From: Leptogorgia sarmentosa
Taxonomy: Eukaryota
Assembly (NCBI GenBank): GCA_964658305.1
Contig: OZ210884.1
Location: forward strand, 8,060,001-8,124,000
Direction of reading: 5' to 3'
DNA length: 64,000 nt
The first letter of the stretch is position 1. Each line of letters starts with the position of its first letter. The notes beneath the pieces were generated by a model. It was not told the DNA's origin, searched no databases, and worked only from the letters and a program-made list of their open reading frames with translations. Positions 36,901 through 49,100 of the stretch are shown here, in pieces. Both the position numbers and the translations under genes were made by a program.

Positions 36901-39900
36901 TAGTTTGATATCGCTCAGAAGCGTAGGAATCCATGCGGTGAAGGAGGCCCCCTGCCTCACTTGTTAAGCTTTTAGTCTTTTTCCTCAATATTATATCTTT
37001 GAACGAACACAAAATAATGTAAAACTACTAAAATACACTTGACTGCGCCCTGAATATGTACAATGCTTGTGCTCACATCACATTGCAGTCTCCAATGTTT
37101 CGTTGAAGTGCAAGCCTGGTCGAAATCCCTGCAGATGAAATAGTCAGACTAGCGGAGTTTCACTTTCGAAACCGGCCATCAAAACATGTCAATCCAAATA
37201 TATTACAATGTCAATTATGTAAAACATTCCGTAACTCATTTTCTCACATTTTCACTCAAAATATTTCTAAGTAAACATACGTTCTGAGCATGCGTGTCCG
37301 TTCTTTCTCCCCATAGAGACTCAAAAATCCCCAAATTTTCCTTGCTTTCCACCCATGAACCAAACAAAATTCATTTGTACACAATACACATGTGAAATTG
37401 AATTTACCAATCAGAGCCGTAATGATTTTATAGATTTCGACGAATGTGCAGAGGGAACACACAATTGTCCTGGTAATTCTACGTGCAATAATACAGTTGG
37501 TTCGTTCAAATGCGACTGTAATCCTGGTTTTAATTATTCAGATACCACAAATATGTGTCAAGGTTAGTTCGATATTGCTCAGAAACGTGGGAGTCCATGC
37601 GGTGAGGGAGGCCCCCTGCCTCACCTGGACAAAATATTGCAATATGTATTATGTTGTTAAGCTTTTAATCTTTTTCCTCAATATTATGTCTTTGAACGAA
37701 CAAAAAATAATGTAAAAGACACTTGACTGCGCCCTGAATATGTACAATGCTTGTGCTCACATTGCAGTCTCCAATGTTTCGTTGAAGTGCAAGCCTAGTC
37801 GAAATCCCTTCAAGTGTCTTTCGATAAGTTTTCCTCCGACTTCGCAAATAACACAAACCTCGGCCTAAATTATTACTCATATCATAGTCGACCTCATTCA
37901 AAAATTGTTTATTATTGATTTTTGCACCCGATGTCGTTGATATTTCGAGGCGAAGCCATGCAAGAGTAAAAAGAAACAACAAAATAAAGCGAAAGGTGAA
38001 CAAATTTACGAAATATTTTATTTTTAAAATATTCTATAATCGTCGAGTGAATGCAACGAAATAGATTTCTGTCCGGGCAAATCATTTGAGCTCTGATTGA
38101 CTAAGACATGAACACGAGATCACCTGGAAGGGAGCTAGAAATTTTCAACGAGCATCAAATTTAAAGTTCTACTCACTTCCTAAGCGATACAAATAGATTC
38201 GACGCTTAGAGTAAGGCCATTTGTGACAGTTGCACCTTCCTCAACTAAAACGTTGAATTGTATTATTTAGTTTAGTTTGTGGGTAGAACGTCTGCTCCTG
38301 ATGTTGTTATCCGCTACCTGCTACACGCTTTCTGTTGATGTGATTAGTTTCAAGATCATCAATCATGTGATGTAATCAGCCCTTTAATGACCATGTGATG
38401 TAATCGGCTCTTGCAATGTTTAGCATAGTTTTTTTTTCACGTTTCTAGACATAGATGAATGCGGTTTCCCCGTGTCACCATGTCATGCAAATGCAACATG
38501 CACCGATACAGAAGGATCTTACACCTGTACCTGTATTACAGGATATACTGGTAATGCAACTTTTTGTGAAGGTACGTGATAATCGATAAATTATCAGCGT
38601 CTTTGTTGTGAATAAATGTTACATCATCGATTTTTGTTTACTCCGTTGCTAGAAATAAATGAAGGTTTGCCTGTTTCGCCTTGTCATGCTAACATGCAAC
38701 CTGCAGCAATGCAGAAATTTATAACATTTTTGCCGAGTATTCCCATACTTAGAAAATCGTAATAAGATCCAAATTATTTTTTTCTCTGTTTTTGCTCTGT
38801 CTAAAAGGATTGTCTTGATTAAGTTCATAAAACTGTACTAATTTGAGATATAAAAAAATTCAAAGTAAAACTTCATTAACAGAAATTATTAGTGTCTCAT
38901 GTGACTTTAGACAGACAAATGTCGAACGGATACACACAATTGAGAAATGTCCTACGAATTATGTTTGCCTCAATATGCACGGTTCGATTCATTGTCATTG
39001 CCCACTCGTAAATGACGACATCATGCACTGCACTTAACCAATCAAAACTCTTGAATTATTTCAAATAAATAATAAACAACATTATGACGTAATTATATCG
39101 TATATCGAAAACTGATATATGACATTATGACGTAATTTGGTTGTATATTGAAAATTATGTAACATTATGACGTCACTAATTTATGCTGCTCGTGTTTAAA
39201 AGCGGGAAAATGCAGATGGCTTCTTCAAAGAAAGGTTAATCTTGTTTAAAACGCAAGCCTTTACTCCGATAAAGATACAAATAAAAATTAAAACAATTAT
39301 TAAATTCCGTTCTCGTAGGATTTGCTGAATTATAATGACCTCTATTTGTGTTATTTGCCTCCTCCTTCGACTTCGACAAATAACACAAACCTCGGCCTAA
39401 ATAATTACTCATATCCTAGTTGACCCGATATCGTTGACTTTTCGCGAGGCGAAGCCAAGAGTTAAAAGAAACAACAAACTGATAAATCGAAAGGTGAACG
39501 GAAATTCATGAAATATTTTATTATTAAAATATTCTATAATCGTCGAGTGAATGCAACGAAATAGATTTCTGTCCGCGCAAATCATTTGAGCTCTGATTGA
39601 CTAAGACATGCATGAGCACAGTGCCGTAGCCAGACCTTCATTTTTGGGGGGGGGCGAACCGAGCGCCGAAGGCGCGAGGCCATCTAGGGGGGGTCCGGGG
39701 ACATTCTCCCCCGGAAAATTTCGAAATCTGGAGTCCCTCAATGGCGATTTCCCGTGTTTCTGGGGTGAGATTTTGCATAATTCTGGAGATTATTTACTGC
39801 AGGAGTACTTAATGTTTTCTCAAACATGTTACTTGCTACTCCAGAAAATGTTTGGAGGAAGGGAAAAAACAGGAAAAATTTTGAATTTCAAGATTTGCTA

Positions 39901-40648
39901 ATAAGAACAGTTCACGTACATTAATTAAGACGGCATTCAAAGGAAGCAACAACCCCAGAAAACCGGCATTACTGAAGTAATTTCAGCATGCCGAATAGTA
40001 GTCATTTTTAACATAAAATATATACAAGCGCCCCAAAACTGATCTTACTTATATGCATATGCATGTATTGTTTATAAGAACGAGTTAAGTTCTTGAAAAC
40101 TTCTAAACATGTGGTATTGTCATAATAAATTCATTCTTCTCGGAGATATGTCCACAAAATCTTGAACCAGCTTTTGTACGTCTAGCTCGTCCATTATGTC
40201 AGATTCTACTGACATAAGCATTAGACTTTGTAGCCTTTCTTGGTTCATCGTTGATCTCAACCGAGATTTGATAAGCTTGAGCTTTGAAAATGCCCTTTCT
40301 GCACTACTGATGAGCACCAGAGAGCTAGGAATTTTCAACAAGCAGCAAATTAAAAGTTCTACTCACTTTCTAAGCAATACAAATAGATTCGGCGTTCAGA
40401 GCAACGCCATTTGCAACAATTTGACCTTTCTAAATTAAAACGTTGAATTGTATTATTTAGCTAGTTTAGTTTGTGGGTAGAACTTCCATTCCTGATGTTG
40501 CTACCCGCAACACCCAAATCATCGCTTCTTTTAAACTACCGTTTCAGATATTGATGAATGTAAAACGGGAAAACATGATTGTACGGGGACGACGCCATTA
40601 TGTTTTAATACTCCTGGTTCATATGCTTGTGGCAACATGGGTCGATAA
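33923..40648 (+). CDS. Secreted Calx-beta + calcium-binding EGF protein, paralog 1 (about 339 aa; 4 full and 1 truncated EGF)
   Basis: Exons: 33923-33998 (signal peptide [24 protein letters not shown]); 34696-34801 and 35642-35868 (Calx-beta: [13 protein letters not shown]...AKGGVDY...[19 protein letters not shown]...ATVTITDDD); EGF exons 36431-36559, 36770-36898, 37434-37562, 38449-38571; terminal exon 40548-40648 ([12 protein letters not shown]...YACGNMGR*). All GT-AG and in frame, 1020 nt. Confidence 0.8.
39619..40309 (-). mobile_element. hAT transposon 3' fragment (dimerization domain + terminal region) in the last intron of paralog 1
   Basis: Minus-strand [35 protein letters not shown] is a hAT C-terminal dimerization motif. 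The end CAGTGCCGTAGCCAG is hAT TIR-like. The insert is flanked by an ATGAGCA(C) direct repeat and is absent from homologous intron copies (e.g. about 38100-38140). Confidence 0.85.
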
Positions 40649-40978
40649 AAGAAGAACTGATTCCACTCGATGTAGATCGAACCTTGAAAATTAATCAATT
40701 CAAGTTGCATTAAACTCAAATGATTGTAGAAATAGATATTGAATTGTTTGTAAATTAAATATTAAAAGCATGCGCAGCTGGTTTCCGTAAGGAAATTCTC
40801 ATACGAATAGGAATTGATCGGAAAGTTTCCTTTGTTATCATGCATCTTTGATCCGGAACCCTTTTTTAAAACAAAACTTTCCTTCACTGGCCTTTACACT
40901 GCATCTGGTTTCTAATTAACATAATTTTGTAATCAGATTAAAAAAATGTAGCTATATCTCTAAAGAACGGTTAATTTG

Positions 40979-41179
40979 TAGCAAAAAATACGGTGGCGTG
41001 TACATTTTACCAGAATGCATTGCGGACTGAAATCGTTCAAAAAAGCAGAGTACCGTCTTTTGACGAACAGATAGAAGACATTGAGTTATTTTCTATTCAT
41101 TATCTATGCTTCTTGTAGTTTTTCAGCTATATGCGCATTGCATTCTGGTAAAATGTACATGCCACCATATTTTTTGCTA
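40979..41179. mobile_element. MITE-like element with about 42 bp terminal inverted repeats between paralogs 1 and 2
   Basis: TAGCAAAAAATACGGTGGCGTGTACATTTTACCAGAATGCA ... TGCATTCTGGTAAAATGTACATGCCACCATATTTTTTGCTA. Confidence 0.65.
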
Positions 41180-41607
41180 TGGTCAATTCATATTTTTTGG
41201 TATATTTTTCAACATCATAGTCAGAGGTGACCATGAAAAAAGTCAATTTTGAGTCATGTGACGTCTTCTATTTTTCATTATCCTCAGTATCTTATTTGGA
41301 CAGACAAAAATGGCAATTGTATTCGAGGAATTAAACCCCTCTTCCTCTGCTACTGCATGAGGTCCTTGCACCTATGGTCTGTGAACGATATTCTCATTGC
41401 AACACATATGGAGCAAGTGTTGGTATTCACACGTGTACGAGCTCATAGGCCCATGCACATGTTCTGATTCTTCAGTTGAACTAGCCAAGCACGCGTAGTT
41501 GATCATTATTTTGCCAGGTCGCATTAAAAAAAGTGCATGAAAATGCCACTTTTTAATATTGAATTAGACCTCAATGTGTATAATCTGTGCCTGGAAGTCA
41601 TTGCCCT

Positions 41608-44600
41608 CATTGCAGTGAGCAATATATCTCTGTGAATATCAAGTGGCAAGATATGAACCTAAATCGTAAAAGCATTACTTAAGTGGATTAATTCCTGTTT
41701 TTACTGGATAAATATTTCTTTGTTCAAACGGAAGATGTCATCAAACAATAAGTATACACAATAATTATCTCTGACTGCAAATATCAATCACATTATCTTG
41801 GAAATCTAATAAGTAACATTGTAAAACGACACCTTTTTGGAAAGATGCATTGTCGCGTCGGTACCCACCTTACTCAAGTAATGTAAGCTGATGTGAATAT
41901 ATTGTTTAGAAGAAATTTACATGTAGTCAGATAAATCCTATGTATAGGTATTTAATTATCCAATTTCAAAAATATGTAATGCTACATTGAACACTTTCTA
42001 GTTCAACACGCTATCTTATTTGCAAAAGAGCCAACGATCACCATTTTCAGCCAAAGTTGTTAAAATCGTTGTTAATCGTTGATTCTTTCTACGCCATTCC
42101 TGGATTTTTAAAGAATTGAGGTATAGAGTAAATGTTTTTATATTCTTATAATTATCCATGCCTGTTTACCAGATTTAAACCAAAACTATAAGGGCACAAA
42201 ACAACCCTAGTTTGAATAAAAAATTGTCACGATACTACATTTTTCAGTAACATGATTTGATTTACACCTTAAACACGAACGATTTTTGAACCACGCTTCA
42301 AACCGTATTGATTTTACCAATTGTTATTGAACCATACTCGGGAATAGATTTTCACCAAATATGCGGAAACGAAGATGAAACTTGTGCCAAATGTGTTGTG
42401 GCTATACGGATGAGAAAGGGACGTAAATAAATTTCTCTTTATCATCGGAATTTTCATGATTCTTTCATAATTGTGTTGTATACTATCTAGCTTGTATTCG
42501 TAGGAGGAATTCTTAGACGTGCATATCGTCTTAAATACAGTAAGTACAGTATAATTATTTGAGTGAGAGACACAGTCATCGGAACGAATTAAATGTTCAA
42601 GTTCAAATGTTCATGTGCAATTTTAAATCATTCGCTCACTCTCATGCGGCATAATTGTGGATACATTCCAAGTTGACCCTCACTCAATTTAATATGAAAA
42701 ACGGTTAGGGAAACTCGAGCGGCGAAACTGTTTTAAAATAAGGGTTTAATTAATTTGAATTCCTGACTATATGTATATACTGCTTCATAGCATAGTTTTT
42801 TCAGTCCAAACCTGTGAATGGTCGGACTTAAACTTATATATTTTCATCAATCCATAAACTTTGGTTCCAACAGTGTTATCGTTTAATCTGCAGGAACTGA
42901 TCTTCGTTCAGGAATGCATAATAACGATATGCAAAACTCGCGTTATATTCAAGCTATTATAAGTATTTTATTTTAAGTATTTTAAGTACTAATTGACATT
43001 CCAGTTTATGAACTGTTAAGAATCTGATTTTTACATAGACTATAATACATGAGACTTTATCTCAAACGTTTTGAAGTGTCGTTAACGGCAAATAAATTGT
43101 AAACTTAGCTACTCTTCAGGTAAAATTGGTGTTAAAAAGATTATCGTTTTTGAATTAAACTCCATGTAATGCTCTCTTTTCTCATGCATGCAGGAAATTA
43201 ATTTGTTATTATCTAGATGTCCTTGTGGAAGCCTAGAAGATTGTTTGTTATGGTGTTTATCAGTTTGGTATTTGTGAAAGCACAAGGACAGCGTAAGAAT
43301 AATCCACAATTCTTAGGACAAATCCTATATATAATTCTAATGTGACCGAACTTACTTCAGGAATTGTTTGGAGCAGTTTTCTATACAAGAGACTGTGTTT
43401 GCAGTTTGTAGTTGATGTAGGCGTAAAATATCTGCCCCCCATTAGGAGCTGGACCAGCTGGTGTATTTGCCTTGCAAACTGTGCGATTAGTTCGCAAGCT
43501 GTGGTTGCACTACATCTAAGACCTCTAGAGTCTATTCCTCTGAGTGTTATGGCATTGGTTAACACACTTCAATGGCCGTTTCCGGCGATCTAGAGGCTCT
43601 AAATTCTCAAAATTTTGAATGACTCGCCCCCCCCCCCCCAATTTTCAAACCGTTCCTACGCCCCTGAGTGTTCTCTCACTCTGGAGAATTAGTTCTTGAC
43701 CAAGAAGTAGACTGGGATAGAAAGTAATTGCGACTGCTGCAAAAATAGATTTGAAAATGAAAAATGCGACAAATGAAAAGTCATTGAAGAATACTTTTTC
43801 AGAAATTATTTGCCTAATTCTACACAGGATAATCATAAGTCTCTTACTGGTCAGTCACTAACCATAATTATTGATTATAGTGAGCATTACTTCATCCCTG
43901 ATATCCATGCAAACACGTCACATAATTGATTCAAATTAATTTTTCTAGTCCTAGATCACATGAGTTATTGATGATATGTTAATTCCTGTTGTTTTTAGAG
44001 CATAACGTGATTCGATTTGGCAGCAACTTCTATTATGCTCCTGAAGGTAGAAGTGCCAAAGTCTGCTTGGTCATCGCTAATTTTGTAAAACGCATCACTG
44101 GAACGTAAGAAAATTTGATTGCAACATTTTTTATGATTGTCCACATTTATGTCAACATAAAATGTTATGTTTTGCAGCCTTTTCTATGGCCATAATTTGT
44201 CTGTTCTTAATGTAATGTAGGTAGAAATTAGTTAGCTGTGGTAGTCCACTTATAACCCAGAAGTTTGATTTCCTCCCAACCTTTTGAAAGTTTTCCATGC
44301 ACAATTATGAGAAAAAAATGAATTTTTAATTTAAGTTCTTTGGCAAGTTATATTAGTTTGTCATGTACTGTACAGTGTCAGATTGATTCGGATTGAAAGT
44401 CGTCGAAATGCATTTCCTCAAACCTAATATTTCCTAATCTATTCACACACAGCGAAGAAAACAGGGTTCACAAATGTCGTGCTTTTAGCTAGGATTACTC
44501 TTCATCACACCTGAGAGTCTTGTAAAAACAACTTCTAAAAACCTTATGCATATGGTCACTAGATCCTGGGATTTATTGTTGCAATCTGTAGCGCCCCCAG

Positions 44601-46140
44601 AACAGTTTTTAGCAAAATGATACATTACACACAACAATTCACAAATTTTTAGGCAAACAAAAGCTTTAACTATATAATTTATAGAACCAAACCAACATTA
44701 GGCCCATGGCCTATACCAAAGTTAGTCGAGTCAAATGGGGGTGGGCAGCTACCTAGTTCAACCTAAATCCGCCCTTTGTAACGCATTTATTTTATAAAAA
44801 TTAAAAGCTTTTACCGGTATAATTTCAAAGCATTCTTCACTTTCATATTTTAAGGATAACCACCAAAGATCACGACGCAAAGGGTGGAGTTGATTACGAC
44901 AACGCGGATATACCAGTTGATATAACAACAAAACCTTCAGCACCTGTGTGTTACTCTATAAATTTACCAGATGACAGCAGTTCTGAAGGAATCGAATCCT
45001 TTGCTGTCATTTTCACTTCAAATAACTCTTCGGATATAATAACTCGAAATAAAGCAACGGTCACTATTACTGATGATGATGGTAAATACAATTATTTTGA
45101 CGATTCCCATAATTTAACCAGAACAACATAATTTATCCAAAAATTGTCGTGAAAAAGATTATAGGTTTATACAAATAAGCTTTGTAAGCCAATAAGCGAG
45201 ATAATTATTGAAAATACAGCGCAAAATTAGTTTGGCTATTAGGCAAAATTATTATGAAGCAAACACTAGAGCGGTATATATATGACTACTATTATTTATT
45301 TATGGAAAAATAAAATCCACGATTGAGAGGAAAATTTATTCTACAGTACAAAATGGGGAAACGGGTAAGTTAAGGATGGAAAAAAGTTTAAAAATCCGGT
45401 TCCTTAAAACAGCCTTCAATTGTCATGATTCAGACCATGCACCCATGGAAATACGGTAACTTTTTCGAATTGGTGAAGTACCCTCCCACAACCAATACAA
45501 TATACCCGTGCTTAGTACCTAAACTATATCAGCCTTACTCCTTTTTGTTCTACGAAAAACACTTTTTGTGCTTTCAGATGTGAATGAATGTGCCCTGGGT
45601 ACTCATAACTGTCAAAGTTTTGACACATGTGTAAACACAGACGGTTCATTTCGATGTATTGATAATGATGATGCGGGATTTTTTGATAATGGTTTAACCT
45701 GTGAAGGTATTTTGATCATGATTTATGAAATACTTAACGTCTTTAGCATACCACTCGCAAAAAGCACATTAGAAATATTATTAATTATAATAGTATTAGT
45801 GATGTTCTCTTGTAGTCTTGGGTAGATTTCCTGCAACACATGTGGAATTGAATTTACCAATCAGAGCCGTAATGATTTTATAGATTTCGACGAATGTGCA
45901 GAGGGAACACACAATTGTCCTGACCATTCTACGTGCAACAATACAGTTGGTTCATTCAATTGCCCCTGTGATCCTGGCTTCAAAGAAGTAACTTCAATGA
46001 CTATTACTGAGTGTGAAGGTTTGTTTCAAATCGCAATTAATAGAATCCAGTGGCTCTTATTATTCAGCCATGATGAATATGTGTCGAGATTAGTTTGATA
46101 TTTCTCAGAAACGTAGGAATCCATGCGGTGAGGGAGGCCC
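41608..46140 (+). repeat. Segmental duplicate of about 32195-36960 (upstream region and first exons of paralog 1)
   Basis: Long colinear similarity starting at ..CATT(A/G)CAGTGAGCAATATATC.., offset about 9.3 kb, with many indels and some replaced intron segments. Confidence 0.85.
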
Positions 46141-49100
46141 CCTGCCTCGGCTGAAAATTAAGTTAATTTTTTTGCTCTTTTTCCCCAAGACTATATCATT
46201 GATTAATAACTCTATTGCGCCTGGAAATGACTAAAACAATGGGGAAAAATTAAAACAGAACCGTCAATTGTATCGTGCATTGTGCAAACACCGTGCAAAT
46301 ATTATTCATTATGCATACTGGTTAAGAACTGTAGAGCTGTATATGTTTAGTAACATTTGGTTCTTGGTGCTATAAAGGCTCCTGGTTTATGCGCCCATTA
46401 GAACTGTTAATTAACAATTATTCGCCGAGACGAGGTTATTATCGGTGAATAAAAAGGTCGAGGTTTTTATACATGATAATCACCGAGCCTGAGGTGAATA
46501 ATTGTTTTAGTATAATTTCATAAGTGATTATTTGGGGAAAAATAAGAAAATACACATTTCTTCGTCATTTAATTTACAAAAAGGCTTCGGCTGCCATTTT
46601 GAGAATCGGTTAGGTGATTATTGCGTAATAATCACCTCAACGGCAACCAATCAGCGTGGAGAATTTTCAACAATCACCTATGTAATTATACTAATTAGTG
46701 TTGTTCTCTTGGGCAGAGTATCTGTGTCCGGAATAGCATTTCCTTCAACACAAATGTAATTGCAGCGGGAACACACAATTGTCCTGATCATTCTACGTGC
46801 ATGCAATTATTAGTTGGTTCGTTCGAATGCCCCTGTGATCCTGGCATCCATTTTAACATCCACTACCATCATCTCTACCGCGACCATCATGAACAAATCG
46901 GATGTGGTATCTCTGTCCAGTTAACCAGTCACATGCACATGATTTTTATATCTAATTTGAGATATAAAAAAATTCAAAGTAAAACTTCATTAACAGAAAT
47001 TATTAGTGTCTCTTGTGACTTTAGATACAGACAAATGTCGAACGGATACACACAATTGAGAAATGTCCTACGAATTATGTTTGCCTCAATATGCACGGTT
47101 CGATTCATTGTCATTGCCCACTCGTAAATGACGATATCATGCACTGCACTTAACCAATCAAAACTCATATACGACATTATTACGTCATTTGGTCGTATAT
47201 TGAAAATTATATTACATTATGACGTCGCTAATTTATGCTGCTCACGTTTAAAAGCGGGAAAATGCAGATGGCTTCGTCAAAGAAAGGTTAATTAATCTTT
47301 TTTAGAACGCAAGCGTTTACTCCGATAAAGATACAAATAAAAATTAAAAAAATTATTGAATTCCGTTCTCGTAGGATTTGCTGAATTATAAAGACCTCTA
47401 TTTGTGTTATTTGCCTCCTCCTTCGACTTCGCAAATAACACAAACCTGAAACCTCGGCCTAAATAATTACTCATATCCTAGTCGACCTTATTCAATTATG
47501 GTTTATTAATAATTTTTGGACCCGATGTCGTTGACTTTTCGAGGCGAAGCCAAGAGTAAAAAGAAACAACAAAATAAAGCGAAAGGTGAACAAATTCACG
47601 AAATATTTTATTTTTAAAATTATATTCTATAATGGTCGAGTGAATGCAACGAAATAGATTTCTCTCCGGGCAAATCATTTGAGCTCCGATTGACTAAGAC
47701 ATGAACACGAGATCACCTGGAAGGGAGCTAGAAATTTTCAACAAGCATCAAATTAAAAGTTCTACTCACTTCCTAAGCGATACAAATAGATTCGACGCTT
47801 AGAGTAAGGCCATTTGTAACAGTTGCACCTTCCTCAACTAAAACGTTGAATTGTATTGTTTAGTTTAGTTTGTGGGTAGAACGTCTGCTCCTGATGTTGT
47901 TATCCGCTACCTGCTACACGCTTTGTGTTGATGTGATTAGTTTCAAGATCATCAATCATGTGATGTAATCAGCCCTTTAATGATCATGTGATGTAATCGG
48001 CTCTTGCAATGTTTAGCATAGTTTTTTTAACGTTTCTAGACATAAATGAATGCGATTTCTCCATGTCACCATGTCATGCAAATGCAACATGCACCGATAC
48101 AGAAGGATCTTACACCTGTACCTGTATTACAGGATTTACTGGTAATGGAACTTTTTGTGAAGGTACGTGATAATCGATAAATTATCAGCGTCTTTGTGAA
48201 TAAATGTTACATCATCGATTTTTGTTTACTCCGTTGCTAGAAATAAATGAAGGTTTGCCTGTTTCGCCTTGTCATGCTAACATGCAACCTGCAGCAATGC
48301 AGAAATTTATTACATTTTTGCGGAGTATTCCCATACTTAGAAAATCGTAATAACTTCATCAATCAATAAGATCCAAATTATTTTTTTGTCTGTTTTTGCA
48401 CTGTCTAAAAGGATTGTCTTGATTAAGTTCATAAAACTGTACTAATTTGAGATATAAAAAAATTCAAATTAAAACTTCATTAACTGAAATTATTAGTGTC
48501 TCTTGTGAGTTTAGATACAGACAAATGTCGAACTGATACACACAATTGAGAAATGTCCTACGAATTATGTTTGCCTCAATATGCACGGTTCGATTCATTG
48601 TCATTGCCCACTCGTAAATGACGACATCATGCACTGCACTTAACCAATCAAAACTATTGAATTATTTCAAATAAATAATAAACAACATTATGACGTAATT
48701 ATATCGTATATCGAAAATTGATGTATGACATTATGACGTAATTTGGTTGTATATTGAAAATTATGTAACATTATGACGTCACTAATTTATGCTGCTCATG
48801 TTTAAAAGCGGGAAAATGCAGATGGCTTCGTCAAAGAAAGGTTAATCTTGTTTAAAACGCAAGCGTTTACTCCGATAAAGATACAAATAAGAATTAAAAC
48901 AAGGTTCGTTCAAATGCGACTGTAATCCTGGTTTTAAATATTCAGATATGACAAATATGTGTGAAGGTTAGTTTGATATCGTTCAGAAGCGTAGGAATCC
49001 ATGCGGTGAGGGAGACCCCCGTGCCTCACTTGTTAAGCTTTTAATCTTTTTCCTCAATATTATGTCTTTGAACGAACACAAAATAATGTAAAAGACACTT

